Source of the DNA: Octopus vulgaris | Lineage: Eukaryota | NCBI GenBank assembly: GCA_951406725.2 | Contig: OX597838.1 | Span: 5,518,001 to 5,582,000 of the forward strand | DNA length: 64,000 nucleotides | Direction: 5' to 3' | Part shown: piece after piece, positions 26,411 through 41,577 of the stretch | Numbering within the stretch: position 1 is the stretch's first letter | Layout: each line of letters starts with the position of its first letter | Made by a program: the position numbers and the translations under genes | Notes under the pieces: model-generated | What the model saw: only the letters and a program-made list of their open reading frames with translations | The model's database searches: none | Told to the model about the DNA's origin: nothing

Positions 26411-26831
26411 CTTATTTCTTTACTACCCACAAGGGGCTAAACACAGAGAGGAAAAACAAGGACAGACAAACGGATGAAGTTGATTATATCGACATCAGTG
26501 CGTAACTAGCACTTATTTAATCGACCCCCGAAAGGATAACAGGCAAAGTCGACCTCGGCGGAATTTGAACTCAGAACATAGCGGCAGACGAAATATACCT
26601 ATTTCTTTACTACCCACAAGGGGCTAAACGCAGAAAGGACAAACAAGGACAGACAAACGGATTACGTCGATTATATCGACCCCAGTGCGTAACTGGTACT
26701 TCTTTAATCGATCCCCGAAAGGATGAAAGGCAAAGTCGACCTCGGCGGAATTTGAACTCAGAACGTAGCGGCAGACGAAATACGGCAGCGCATTTAGTCC
26801 GGCGTGCTAACGTTTCTGCCAGCTCGCCACC
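26411..26831 (-). mobile_element. SINE family B tandem dimer
   Basis: Full unit 26598-26831 plus head-less unit 26411-26594; same junction as 21186-21597. Confidence 0.9.
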
Positions 26832-26959
26832 TTAATGCTAGCGACTCTGCTAGCAAGGCACGCAGTTGTAGATACAAGTGTTATTTAAAATAGTTGTGTG
26901 ATTAGGTTCCATGTGACTTAGTTTCAAGGGTTTCTAACATACCTGCAGACGCGAACGTA

Positions 26960-27032
<73 letters not shown>

Positions 27033-27389
27033 GCACACATACATCACAATATAAATATAGATATCCTGAATTTGACCAAACCGCAATTGCGTAGGTTTAT
27101 TAGTAAGACGAAAAACTGGTGAGATAATTTAATTGCACGAAAATTCCCCGCGAAAAATTACAATAGATTGCATCTGTAATTCAGATATACTTCGGATTTG
27201 TCTTTGTTAATCCTGCTGATTGTGCTCAACAATTACATTCGGAGAACAAACGGATCTATAATACTAATACACTAAGCTATTACACTAATACACTAATACT
27301 ATTACACTAACTTCTGAAAGCACAAGTACAAACATTTTAACCGAAATCCATTATGCATATAAGAGTATAATGTTTGTTTAACTGAGTGA

Positions 27390-27810
<421 letters not shown>

Positions 27811-27835
27811 TTTATCTGTACAGATTGAGTATACA

Positions 27836-27911
<76 letters not shown>

Positions 27912-27926
27912 ATGTATATACACATA

Positions 27927-27981
<55 letters not shown>

Positions 27982-28656
27982 GTACACTTATGCATTCACA
28001 AATGTATGCAAGTATATAGATATGTATGTGCACGTGTGTGTACGTCTGTGTGTTTGTGTATATATTTTAGACAAACTATGAAATCAGCATTTACGCTGCA
28101 ACCAGTTGATCAGCTGATTGAAGAAGGTCACTTCGAGTGAAAGAAGTGAGCAAAAGCGCGCTCGCCAAAGGCTGGCGATTGATGTACATGTAAGAGATCA
28201 ATATCGATAAAAAAAAATGGCGAAACCTGAAATAAAATAAAATAAAATAAAAATCAAAGGAAGGAGGGCTCGCAAAATAAAGAAAAAAAGGGTGGTAATC
28301 CATTTGCCTGGGTACCGCATTGTCAAGTTTTAACTTCGCTATCTTTAATCAGTGCTGGAGCGCTTGTCTTCCCATTAATCATCGTAAAGCTACATGGTCA
28401 GCGTCATTAACGAAAGTTTATATTTTGAAGTATTCAATACAGGGGTTTAACTAAATAAACAAATAAATAAAGGGTGAAAAAATAAATATTCGAGTAAATA
28501 AATGAATGAATTCGTAATTAAATAAATGAACTGCGAAAGACTAAGCAAACAATCGTTCGGTTAACGAAGTTGCTAAATTCCTTGTATTCACGTATTCATA
28601 TATATACAGGCGAGTATACATCGGTAGAATAATCAGACTAACACGTGCAACGGCGT

Positions 28657-28694
<38 letters not shown>

Positions 28695-28962
28695 TATACT
28701 AGAACACACGCTCCTCTCATGCACGCTCGCATGCTGTCGGCATGCATAATGTATATATTTATAAATATATAATCAATAATTACATGCACGAACTTTCTAC
28801 GTATCTTTATGTATAGACACACACACATACACACACACACACACACACACCACACACACACATATATGTATATATATATATATAAACATATGTATGTATA
28901 TATACACGTACATATCTCTACTTAAACACACGTGTACACATTAATGTAGGCATATATATATA

Positions 28963-29024
<62 letters not shown>

Positions 29025-29423
29025 TATATATATGTATGTATATATATGTGTATATGAATGTATATATGTATGTATATATATTAATGTATGTATATATAGA
29101 CACACAGAAACACACATATATATAAATATATATATTTAGAGAGAGAGACAGGGTGTGTGTGTGTATGAGTGAATGAGTGAGTGAGCGATAGATAAAGAGA
29201 GAGGGATAGATATATTGATAGGTAGATGGTCCGTTCATATACACATCTATCCATCGATTCATCCATCCATCCATCCATCCGTCCATAGATAGATACATAG
29301 ATACATACATACAGACAGACACCCACACTTTAGTATCATTCAGTATTATCGCTTTATACGCCAGAGGTTAGTTAAGGTAATTTGTAGCTGGGAAGAACAA
29401 AGAGTCACAGAATATATGTAACG

Positions 29424-29459
29424 CTGCTGCTGTTGCCACTGTTGCTGCTCCTGCTGCTG

Positions 29460-29507
<48 letters not shown>

Positions 29508-29599
29508 TTACTCCTGCTGCTGCTGCTGCTAGTACTACTACTACTACTACAACAACAACTACTACTACTACTACTACTACAACAACTACTACCACTACA

Positions 29600-29641
<42 letters not shown>

Positions 29642-29663
29642 GCTGCTGCTGCTACTACCACTA

Positions 29664-29732
<69 letters not shown>

Positions 29733-29760
29733 ATAATAATAATGATAATAGTAATAAAAA
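29424..29760. repeat. (CTA)n/(CTG)n/(TAA)n compound trinucleotide array
   Basis: Directly visible. Confidence 0.95.
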
Positions 29761-30738
29761 TACTAATAACACCAACAATAATGAAGGGCATACGTAACAA
29801 ATAGATGAATCGCAGCAATACAACAATTATTAAATTCCAAGAGATGCAATGCCGATGTCACCAGCAACCTGAATCGTTGCCCATGTTATATCAGCAATCA
29901 ACATGAAAGAAAGGGCGAGAGATAGAAAGAAACGACAAAAGAGAGAAAGGAAGAGAGAAAGGGAGAAATATTGTGAAAAGAGAGAGAGGGAAAAAAATAG
30001 GCGGTAATTGGAAGACATTGCGTATACCAATATCGGTAGCAAAAGAGGAATATTTCAGATATCTCTTGACAGTTTTACTTCAAAAACAAAGCATTTAGTG
30101 GAAACCCTGGCAAGTCAGCCATTCCAGTATTGTATAATCCGTACCGTAAGTGAATCACTCTTTCTGTTTGTAACTTCACAGAATATATCAAATAAACGGT
30201 CACAGTTGTTCTAAACGAGAATCAATACTACAACTGATAGCTTTTCTACCATATTGACACAGATTGCAAAGCGTTGAGCAGAATCGAGTTGATTGCATGA
30301 CAGAATCATGAGAACATCAACTAGAAGAAAATGGCATGGCCTTTGCTTAGCGAAGTATTTTATTTAAATAAATCCAAGTGTTCAAATCTCGCACAAGTTC
30401 CAATATGTTTGCTTTCTGTTTCCCTTTTCTTTCTTTCTTTCTTCTTGCTTTTGTACCGTCACGAATACGATTAATCAGCCTCTATGCACTTTAGTATATA
30501 TATGTGTGTGTGTGTGTATGTGTGTGTGTATGTATGTATGTGTGTGCCTCTGTGTGTATGTCTGTATGTAGAAATATATGTTCATGTATATATATATATA
30601 CATACATTTATATGTATATATATGTGTGTGTGTGTGTGTGTGTGCGTGTATGTTTGTGTATGCCTCTGTGTGTATGTGTATATGTAGAAATATATGTCCA
30701 TGTATACATATATATATGTATATGTATATGTATACATG

Positions 30739-30773
<35 letters not shown>

Positions 30774-31075
30774 ATACGTGTGTACATGTATGTGTATAAG
30801 TGTGTGAAAAGGGAGATTTCAATAGAATTGCATGGAGGAACAAAAGATTAGTTTACACAACACATATAACTACTTCGCTGCACACAAACAAACACACACA
30901 CACACACACACACACGCGCGCGCGTGCATGCGTACATAAGTGTGTGTCACTCTGTTTAGTGTGTGTGTGAATGTTTTATTTGCGAAACGTTTGATGAGAA
31001 GATTCGTAGCATGAAGCTCGGAAAGTATATACACGTGTATATTGTGTGTACGTGTGTGTGTGTGTGTGTCTGTGC

Positions 31076-31136
<61 letters not shown>

Positions 31137-31620
31137 GATCTATATCCATATATAAACAATCTGATCATACATTCATGCCAGATTTCCGATGTACGTGTGG
31201 TAAATCTTTCTTTGTCGAACGATTCTCTCTTGGCGTGAAAATGCTTATCGTCGCTGATTTTGACTTGAGAAAAAAAAATACTACTCCTGGTATTCTCTAC
31301 ATTATATTAATTCTAATACAATATCTTTCTACCGCTTGGCATTTGTTTTTCTTTTCTGTTTAATGTGTGATTTCATCGAATCATGTTCGCTTTGTTCCTG
31401 TTTACCACGTAACTGCTCTGATCGAGCAGGTCTAAAACCAAACTCGTCCCTCCGATAAATAACATCATTTTAGTTTTGCTATATTTTATTTATGTTTTGG
31501 AACTAATTATTGATGTTGCTGCTAATTATCCAGTCATTATTACTGAAATAGTTTCATAATGAAAAACCAATCCAGACCTGAACCTCATCATTTTAAATTT
31601 CCAGAGAAGTGTTTATTGAA

Positions 31621-32060
31621 GCTTCACGTAGTTTAACTCCCACTGATTATTTATCAATACTATTCCTGTCGTGACCATCCAGTCTATAGTCTCCCAGCCA
31701 AATATATATTTTAAAGTTGCTTTCAGTGCTTCACTTTAACTGACAGGCCATTGCAGTTTAAGCAGAGGAATGCTTAAATTCAACCCAGTTGTATTGATCC
31801 AGGTCAGCCTTCATCAAACTGCCTTCATTTTACTGAAGCATAATTTTGTTCACGCTTCATGTAGTTGTTGCATTTAACTCCCGATAATTATTTATGAAGT
31901 ACACACGTGATCAAGATTATTCCACTCGTGACAATCCAGCCTATAGTCTCGCAACCAAATATATATTTGAAAGTTACTTGCAGTGCTTCACTTTTACCGC
32001 CAGGCCATACCTGATCGAACAGATACGTGCTTAAATTCAACCCACTTTTATTGATCCAGA
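31621..32060. repeat. Diverged tandem duplication, period about 240-255 bp
   Basis: tttaactccc..tcgtgac.atccag.ctatagtctc..ccaaatatatattt.aaagtt..cagtgcttcacttt..caggccat..tgcttaaattcaaccca..tattgatccag appears twice. Confidence 0.85.
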
Positions 32061-32340
32061 AAGACACAATATGGTCTCATTATTCAATCGGAATTTGGTA
32101 AATTGTGCCTTTCGTAACACGTGTAGAATGAAATAAAACGATTTCTGTTCAATCTTCGTTCAACTCCATTTCTTCAATTCACTAATAATATTAAAATTCA
32201 ATTATCCGCACCAACGCACGGTTGCAACACCATATAGTTGTACCTCCAACCGTGCTGTCTTCTGCTGTCATTTTTGCTACCAAGGTATCGGTTAAACTTT
32301 TGATTAATCTGCAACAAGATTATTCATCTTTCTATTTCAC

Positions 32341-32342
<2 letters not shown>
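32059..32342. mobile_element. Rearranged copy of pseudo-LTR-like family H2
   Basis: 32059-32190 is the reverse complement of 7615-7745; about 32250-32342 is a direct match to about 7870-7960; followed by (TA)n. Confidence 0.8.
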
Positions 32343-32415
<73 letters not shown>

Positions 32416-32763
32416 CATTCATATATATATGCATGTATATCATATATATATTAACTCTTGAGGTGTATATATATGTATTTTTATTACATATTGTATTACA
32501 TACAATTATTTTTAACCAGTTAAAGGTAAGAAATGACTCAAAATTCGAGACTTTCCTGGAGATCAGGTATCTATAATTTACAGCTTATTCTCTATTATCT
32601 GTTTTTGTGGGGTGGCTTTTACTTTTTAAATGGAAGAATGCATCAATTAGTGCTGCTTTTTAATACGGCAATGAAATTAAACATAATATAAATAGTACGG
32701 CTAAATGATTGCAAAATCTTCGAATAAAGGGCTGTTTTAGATCTAAGTATGTCGCAAGTTTCA

Positions 32764-33109
<346 letters not shown>

Positions 33110-33849
33110 CACAGGTGTGCAGTGAGTTCGTTGTACGACACGCATTCAATTCACATTCATTGAAAACTACTTGGAATATTCTTAGAATATTTAGGGATAA
33201 TAGAGCTCCAAATTTTATTACAACGTCTAATTAAATATATCACTTTCGTGAATAATACAGCCAGTGTCTCATTGGATTTTGTATTGTTCAAGAATTATAT
33301 TAATCAAATTAAACAAACTATTCTTCTCACTTACGCGCTTAAAAGGATTTGTCTGAAGAAAGGGCACCAGAAATGCTGACTTTGGAAGTTAAAGGAGTGT
33401 CTAAGTCGATTCTTTCGTTGTAAATTGATGAAGAAATAAAACTGGGTAATTAAATAACATTTCATAATGATTCGTGACGTTAAGACATGGGCATATATTA
33501 TGAGACTGGAACTGAGAAAGGAAACGTTTCCATGCGTGCCAAAATAATATTCGAAACATCCTTCAAATACAGCCTCACCCCATGGTTTTCTCTGTCTTTA
33601 CAGCGCCGGTCGGTAAGATAAGAAGTTAGGAATCAGATATATGTTCTCATCCATTCATCGAACGAATTTTATTTATTTTACAATATGTAGTCGTGTGCTA
33701 ACGCAAGGAAGCATTATTAAATGTTATTAAATTGACGTATTTTCTTTAATTATCAATTTAGGATTTCGGTTTTATGTTGTAAGGAAAGTACTGCCGATAG
33801 ACTGTGATGCATTAAGTTTGCTGCCGTAACAATATATACGGTACAGCAA

Positions 33850-34045
33850 GCCGGCAAGCTGGCAGAAACGTTAGCACGCCGGGAGAAATGCTTAGCGGTG
33901 TTTCGTATGTCTTTACGTTCTGAGTTCAAATTCCGCCGAGGTCGACTTTGCCTTTCAACATTTCGGGGTCGATAAATGAAGTGCCATTTGCCTACGGGGG
34001 TCGTTATAATCGACCAGACCCCTCCTTCAAAATTTCGCGCCGTTT
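33850..34045 (+). mobile_element. SINE family B
   Basis: gctggcagaaacgttagcacgccggg..gagttcaaattcc (B-box)..gaggtcgactttgccttt. Confidence 0.85.
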
Positions 34046-34052
34046 GACTGTT

Positions 34053-34399
34053 GAAGCGCAATGGCCCAGTGGTTAAGGCAGCGGACTCGCGGTCGTAGGA
34101 ATGCGGTTTCGACTCCCAGACTGAGTGTTGCGAGTGTTAATTGAGCGAAAACCCCTAAAGTTTCATGAGGCTCCGGCAGGGGATGGTGGCAAACCACTCT
34201 TTCTCTCACTCTATCTTCCTGTTTCTGCAGTACCTGTATTTCAAAGTACCAGCCTTGTCACACTCTTTGTATCGAGAACTACGTCTAGGGTACAGATCTC
34301 TGAGGGGTGCTCAGCCACTTGCACGTAAATTTCAAGATCAGAATGTTCCGTAGATTGGATCAACTGGGACCCTCGTCGTCGTAACCAACGGTGTGCCAC
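34053..34399 (+). mobile_element. SINE family A subtype 1, abutting the tail of the family B copy
   Basis: gcgcaatggcccagtggttaag A-box, ggtttcgactccc B-box, shared body. Confidence 0.85.
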
Positions 34400-34916
34400 A
34401 TACATTTAAATGATTAACCATGATAATTAATGATCACGAACTGGGAGGATTATTGAACTTTTGGAACACTGTGGTAGGGCTCTAATTGATATATACTGTC
34501 CGGGTGTGAAAATTAAATCAGGTGATAAACGGCAGCAGAATAGATACCGCGGGCTTTTCTCACATCGACCTCTAGTAGCTTCTATCTTTATTTTATAGAT
34601 ATGATTAATAAATAATATTTATAATTATCAACAATGAAGTTTAGAAAAAAAAACAATCATATTTATTAATATTAAGGAAGACACGATCCAATGGATCCAT
34701 AAAAGAGTCAGTTATTTAGGAAAAAACTGAACATTAATCAAGTAAAAACTAAACTAAAATTATATGAAAGAATCTTTCAAATGTTCATATTCAATTAAGG
34801 TTTATTGTAACATGTACATAGATGCAGAGACAAACGGAAACGGCACATTGCACACCAGCACCATAATAAGGAGAGCTTACACAAAATCCCATGAAAACGA
34901 ATTTATATGTAAACAC

Positions 34917-34964
<48 letters not shown>

Positions 34965-35339
34965 CGTGTGTTTATATATGTATATATAGATGTGTGCATA
35001 TCTATCGATATAAATTGACGTGAAATATATTAGAAAGAAAAAAAAGATTTCCATTTCATACACAACGTAGGATATAAGATATATCAAACAAGAAAGAAAG
35101 CAGTAAGGTTCTCTTTATTCTTCACTCTCTCTCTATTCTTACTTACTTTCTTTTTCCTGTGCATCTCACTCAGGCTTGTTGGTCACTCCTGAATTGTGTA
35201 TATGTATATTTAACGCATACATGTCATTGCTTGCAGTCCTCTGCCTACAGACGCACGCACACAAGCACGCATAACCCCTCCCATATATATACATAAATAT
35301 ATATAGCCATATCGATATATAGGTACATATGTGCATATA

Positions 35340-35435
<96 letters not shown>

Positions 35436-36541
35436 GATATATGTATAAATATATATATCTGCGTGTATAAACATAACTATGAACATACATATATACATAC
35501 ATATAAATATAAATATAAATATTTACATATATATATATATATATATACATACATACATACATACATGTATATATATATATATGTATATATATATGTATAT
35601 ATATACATATATATATGCATATACAGGCAGACAGGCATACAGATATATTTATGCATATTTATGCATATATATACATATATGAGGATTTAGGCACAAATAT
35701 ATCACAATTTGCAGCTATAATATATTCCTAGGAGATACAACATGTATTTATTATTTACTTATATATAAGCTCACGCACACTCACACACACATACACAAAC
35801 ACACAAACACGTACACACTTATGCATATCCTGTTATATGTATGTATATATATATATATATATATATAGATATAGATATATATATGTATATATATATATAT
35901 ATCCTTGTGGTTGTATGATGCATATTTATTTATTCAATTTGTTTCCATTTCGTCCATTTTCAAAGAGCTGAATTCTCATTGCAGATGATAACAGCGTTTG
36001 GAATATAACATATTAAAATTTCCGTCACTTCTCTATATACGTATCATATGATTTTCATAGAGAATTTTTATAAATCAACAAAAATGTATAAAGAGAAAAG
36101 AATAAACACCAGAAAAATAAATGTGAATATGTCTTTTGTTGTACTTATACAAATATATACACCCACCCCCCTAATGAAATGTCATGTAATATGTATATGT
36201 CTGTGTTCGGGTTTATTTATGGGCGTATATATAACTATATCTACACACACATATATTTACATACATATGCATTTATACATATGTATATTCATATACATTA
36301 TTGAATATATACCCATACAACCTCAAAAAAGCCGCGCACGCGCATACATTGGTACACTCATACATTTGTACATATATATTTAGACACATATACATATGCA
36401 GATTCATATACGTAATTGAATGTAGATCCATATACCCCAACCTCCAACGGAAAACACACACACGCACGCACAGACACATCACATAAACACACACATAAAT
36501 ATATACGTATATTGTGATACGTATATTATTATATACATATG

Positions 36542-36640
<99 letters not shown>

Positions 36641-36792
36641 GTGTATCAAACAATGGGTATAAATAAGAATACATATATACATTTATATATTTATATGAAT
36701 ATATGTATACACGTACATATGTATGTATGTATGTCTGTATGTATATATCATGTATGTATACATATATATATATATATGTATACACACACATT

Positions 36793-36836
<44 letters not shown>

Positions 36837-37497
36837 TGTGTGTGTGTGTGTGTGTGTACATACATGCACAATGAGTGTGTGGATGCACGGCTTGATATGT
36901 TTGTATATATGTTCCTGTGTGTGCGCGTATCTCTGTATTTCTGCATGTCCGTGAGTGAGTGTATGTGTGTGTGTGTGTGTGTGTGTATACGGTGTATATA
37001 TGCGTGTGTGTTAAGCGTTGTACTCATTAATTCATGTTTATTTATCGTGGAATCGTTGCGTCTTTGTAGTGTGGAGGTGCGTATGTTAAACCGCTGACAT
37101 AAATCTCTGTAATCCAATCTTAAAATATTACTTAATATCCCAATATTCATAATATTAGTGGCGAAAACTTTTCAAAAGAAGAACAAATACAATATATATA
37201 TATATATATATAGAAACGCCGTAAAAAAAAAGGCTATAAATATATGTAATGTGAAGCAAACAAATACATCATCAATAACAACAACAATAACAATATCGTT
37301 GCGATTTATATTCAGAATAAATTAAGAAAAATGAATTAATACATCTCTTTGATAAAGAGTAGATACGACTACGTTCAACACAAACAATCATTGCCTCACA
37401 CTCACATGGACGCTCACACACTTACACCCCGCCACATATTCATATACAATTTTATATAAAAAAAGCAACGTGTATACGGAGTATAAATATTCATTTA

Positions 37498-37561
<64 letters not shown>

Positions 37562-37961
37562 GATATACATAGATATACGTATAAATATGCATACATATAT
37601 ATATATATATAATATATAGATATATATGCATATATATTAATATATATATATATATATGCATACATATATACATATTATGTATATATACACATACACATGC
37701 ATAAATTTTTATGTGTGTATATATATATATATGTATATATATACTTATATATATATAAATATATAGATGTATATATATGCCTCTGTGTGTGTATTAATAT
37801 ATATACATTTACATATATATATATATGTATATGTAAGTATACAAACGCACAGAAATACACTCACACACATATATACATATACATGTACGTACATTCATAC
37901 ATACATACATAGATACATACATACATACATACATACATACATACATACATACATGCATATA

Positions 37962-38002
<41 letters not shown>

Positions 38003-38974
38003 TTATGTATCTATGTATGTATATCAAATGATGCTTATATATTGTACCACGCACACTTGTAAATATATGTTTGCCATCCATACTTACGGTATGCGGGCTG
38101 TATATTCGGTATAGACGTAAAAGTAATAAACAATGAAATTGGAGAAATAAACAACATATCAATGTTTCGAACCTGCTTCGTAGATGGTCCTATATAACCG
38201 TTTGGAGCAACCCCCCCCACCCGGAGGAATATGTTTGGAGCACTGTTTATTCTAAAAATATTTCGCCACCCGGCAAGTACAATTATATAAATATAATTAA
38301 CCTGTAAGACTATATAATCCTGTTGCTTTCCATGCAAACCTAACCTGATCACGGATCTGACTTGAACAAGAAAGAGAACCTGAATTACCACGTGTGATAG
38401 TGAAATTAAAATTTCTTTAACATTGCTGATGGCTGAACTAGAAAGGAACAGTATAACTGGTACTTGAGTGATGTCCACTGCAAAACTCTCACTTGTATAT
38501 ACAGGTTACAGAAGGACATGTTAACTTACTGTGTTGAGGTCAGAACAAGTTCCTGTATATGTATGATGGATCCACTCGTTGTGGTATCCACTTATCGGTA
38601 ATCGTGTGCTATGGACATGAATGGGTCGCTTGACGCCTGCTCGTGCTTTGCACACCTTTTGGCCAATGGGGCAAGCTGAGGACATCACTTTGTTCAAGTG
38701 CTTGTGGATCATTTACTACGTGTTTTCTTGGGTGGAGAGTAAAGCTTGGAATGCTTCGTGCAATAACGCCACAATTACCGGCAAAATTTCCTTTTAGAGT
38801 AACATCGCTTTTCCAGCGTACCTTGATGCTTGCACAAATTTGGTCCCGAATTTGCTGAAACCTTGGAACTGAGGACAAGCAGGCCTAGTACCAGGTACTG
38901 CGTTTTACTGTCTGTAGAATCTAATGTATGTAGCATCACCTACGTATATGTATATATATATATATACACACACT

Positions 38975-39028
<54 letters not shown>

Positions 39029-39032
39029 CAAA

Positions 39033-39265
39033 CTGTGTCCTCCGCGTTGTCGTCGTGGTATAAAAATGTCCCGTACTGTAACTGACTATAGAAAGATTAT
39101 TTTCACGAAAATATTATATTGTTTTAATCAAAATGGAAATATAAATTTCATATTGAAACGCAGTGGGATGTAATAGCATTACCTTGTAAAAATTGATTTG
39201 TTTTCATGGAGCCGTTTGAGAATGTATAGAGAAGACAAAACTTTTTATATATTCATATATATATA
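39033..39265 (-). mobile_element. Possible decayed non-autonomous Helitron
   Basis: Hairpin ccgcg..cgtgg about 10 bp from an actg (degenerate actag) end; opposite end gacaaaactttttatatat resembles the 5' termini of the other two Helitrons. Confidence 0.35.
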
Positions 39266-39848
39266 TATTTAGTGATTGTATGTGTGTTTGTGTATGTGTA
39301 AGTGTGTGTGAGAAAGAGATTTGTGTGCATGTGTGTGTGTGTGTGCCATTACTAAACTAAGTTAACCCTCATACATCACACGGATATTTACATTCGTGTT
39401 TCTAGAAGTTTCCTTCAACGTCTCACAATTGATTCAGCTTAGTTTTGATTTCACAATTTTTTTTATAAAACACCCCGAACATTGACGTTTTGTAGTCAGT
39501 CCCATTGACGATTCCCAACCAGTAATGGACAAATATATGGCATCTTCTCCATAGTATATTTGACATGAACTCAAACAGAAATTTCCATGTGAAATATCAT
39601 ATATTTATTTATATATATAAGTCGGACAATTCAACATATGTGCATCCACTGGCCAGGTGTTATTTTGTCATTTTCTTTAGACGTAAATATAACACAATTC
39701 TCAGACATGTGGAGGTGAATATATTACCTATTTTCTGACATGTTATCACCAGTCAATCCTTTGACATAAGTAAAAACCTTAAACACAAACTAGCAACTTA
39801 TCAGAGAAAATTTTACTCACGCTGTATATATTCATGAATACAAACACA

Positions 39849-39885
<37 letters not shown>

Positions 39886-40095
39886 AGGCACACAGGTACA
39901 CACACATATATGCGCACGCAAGGAAACAACTAGTCACACGCAAATACGGTTAACAATATATATGGAAAGCAAAATAGGGGAGTTTGTTCATAAATCATTA
40001 TCCATATTCATAATTATTCGATAATACATAATTGTCAATAATTTATTTCTATACGTTGTTGGCTAACGCGTGTTGCAGTATATATACATACACAG

Positions 40096-40156
<61 letters not shown>

Positions 40157-40217
40157 CACGAATACATTCACATATGTTTATGTAGAACATTTATATAAAT
40201 TTATGTGATGATTATTT

Positions 40218-40269
<52 letters not shown>

Positions 40270-40427
40270 TAAATATATTAAATGTATATAAATATATATA
40301 TACATACATATACCTACCTTGAAATATATATATATAAATATATATATACTTATATATATACATACTTATATATATACATATATATAAACATACTTATATA
40401 TATATATATATACATGCGCAAACACAA

Positions 40428-40467
<40 letters not shown>

Positions 40468-41057
40468 GTGTGTGTATATGTGTATGTTATGTGTGTGTGT
40501 GTGTGCATGAATAGGAAATATTTCTTTCTTTTAAAATCTATGCATATATTTATACGCCTGTGTTTCCTTTTGTGTCACTCTTGAGCGTTTACTTAAACCT
40601 ACAAGCATCGGTATACATGTATATTCCGACTTGTATTAAACCACTGACAGACTAAAACAAGATAAATCGGTCTCTAGCTTATCCCACCGGCCATTGATGA
40701 ATATGCATTCTCATCCGCATCCTCACCATGCAATATTCTATATGACATTGCTGATACTGCTATCAACATCCAAACACTCACATTCTCATATAAACATATA
40801 TACATATATATATCTACACATATCCTCATTTGTGTAGCACTTGTGTGTGTATATATGTATACGTTTCTGCTTCTATGCTCATGTTTATGATTCATACTCA
40901 CCCTAGAATGGCAATTTTTCTATATACATACATCAATATATAGATGTATATGTTATATGTCTATCTATTTATCTTCTTGTCAGTCTCTTTGTTTATCTCT
41001 CTCCCTATATAGCGAAAAATAAATATAGTTATATATATATATATATATATACATACA

Positions 41058-41124
<67 letters not shown>

Positions 41125-41130
41125 TATATA

Positions 41131-41290
41131 TCTTGATTCGCCATATTAAATCGCTAGCCAATACACATTTTATATTTTCTCTCCTTGTTTCTTTCTGTGT
41201 TCCTTTCTGTGGAATACCCTAGGCTCGAAACGTTATATACTGTTTCACGTCCCCCCATCCGTTAAACAAATACATCAGTTCTGTCTCCGT
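41131..41290 (+). mobile_element. PLE pseudo-LTR-like fragment, family H1, decayed HHR-like motif at 41203-41238
   Basis: cttt-CTGTGGA-A-tacc-ctag-gctc-GAAACGTT; upstream flank tttctctccttgttt matches the 24.8 kb copy; microsatellites on both sides. Confidence 0.6.
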
Positions 41291-41310
41291 ATATACACAA
41301 GTAAGTATGT

Positions 41311-41381
<71 letters not shown>

Positions 41382-41385
<4 letters not shown>

Positions 41386-41521
41386 GAGTAACCGGCCGAA
41401 ACTGCTAAGATAATATGTAACTCGACTGAGGATAGGAAGCTCCGAATGAGCCGTCCTTGTTTTTCTGTATCGTGTAATTGTCCGGGTGTTTTGTTGTTGC
41501 CTGCTCCATTTTTTTATTTTC

Positions 41522-41524
<3 letters not shown>
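41382..41524 (+). mobile_element. Pseudo-LTR-like fragment within (TA)n carrying HHR-like motifs
   Basis: ggccGAAACtgcTA half-motif, then CTGAGGA-ta-gga-agc-tcc-GAAT..GTC. Confidence 0.4.

Positions 41525-41577
<53 letters not shown>

Noticed and set aside
28071-28140. Ig-like (AFTLQPVDQLIEEG) or FN3-like ([11 protein letters not shown]) exon after ttttag
   Set aside because: Both frames stop within a few codons, the donor is weak and no partner exons are visible; probably chance.
29368-29826. Poly-Ser, poly-Val and poly-Leu ORFs, including a signal-peptide-like start
   Set aside because: Fully explained by the (CTA)n/(TAA)n array.
38200-38280. Gypsy RT motif (FRINSAPNIFLR vs FGI.SAP.IFQR)
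   Set aside because: No YxDD or other RT motif follows at the expected distance.
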